A DNA stretch of 63,695 nucleotides, the filler included, from Reticulomyxa filosa (lineage: Eukaryota > Protista > Foraminifera), in NCBI GenBank assembly GCA_000512085.1. It is 8 parts of 8 records of this genome, joined end to end, with 100 filler letters (N's around TTAATTAATTAA, not from the genome) between each part and the next. Parts side by side here need not be neighbours in the genome. Positions count along the whole stretch, not along the records: positions 62,591 to 63,695 come from ASPP01018139.1; 7 more parts are not named here. One strand, 5' to 3'. Below the pieces are notes generated by a model, which was not told the origin of the DNA, did no database searches, and saw only the letters and a list, made by a program, of their open reading frames with translations. The first letter of the stretch is position 1. The number at the start of each line of letters is the position of its first letter. This document shows positions 63,589 through 63,695 of this stretch, piece after piece. The position numbers and the translations under genes were made by a program.

Positions 63589-63695
63589 TACAGTAGAATG
63601 CAAAGTAAAGTTGACACCTAAAATGGCACCTTATAGAGATGATTGATTTTCTTCATGAAAAAACAACATTCAGACCTAATTTTTTTTTTAAAAAA
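63589..63695. mobile_element. Second copy (one arm, window-truncated) of the 23323 MITE family
   Basis: TA|cagtagaatgcaaagtaaagttgacacctaaaatggcaccttatagagatgattgattttcttcatgaaaaaacaacattcagacctaatttt, highly similar to 23323-23417. Confidence 0.88.

Overview
AT-rich eukaryotic (protist) genomic DNA with many short spliceosomal introns. It is not one locus: eight contigs are joined by seven artificial 100-bp spacers (N44-TTAATTAATTAA-N44), so adjacency across spacers means nothing. Gene content, composition and assembly style suggest a rhizarian such as the foraminiferan Reticulomyxa, but this is an unverified inference. Recognisable genes: an SDR dehydrogenase, two PHD-finger proteins, TPI, a Pumilio/PUF protein, NTF2, a COG2085/F420-NADP-oxidoreductase-like enzyme, partial RRP12, a partial RNF213/mysterin-like AAA+ protein, a VIT-VWA protein, IFT88, a SHOC1/Zip2-like meiotic protein, CCDC22 and a RanBP2 zinc-finger protein. 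Decayed LINE fragments and two TA-flanked MITE families are also present. The most unusual observations are four. (1) An actin-binding ADF-H protein whose first domain lacks its N-terminal helix/strand, which appears instead at the extreme C-terminus (split or circularly permuted domain around a long single alpha-helix). (2) An intron grammar with U-rich 5' halves, A-rich 3' ends lacking a polypyrimidine tract, and mostly GTT donors. (3) An unannotated 57-aa MGCC-initiated His-rich microprotein. (4) Neighbouring meiosis (SHOC1-like) and cilium (IFT88) genes. Exon boundaries were read by eye and outer gene ends are approximate where stated.
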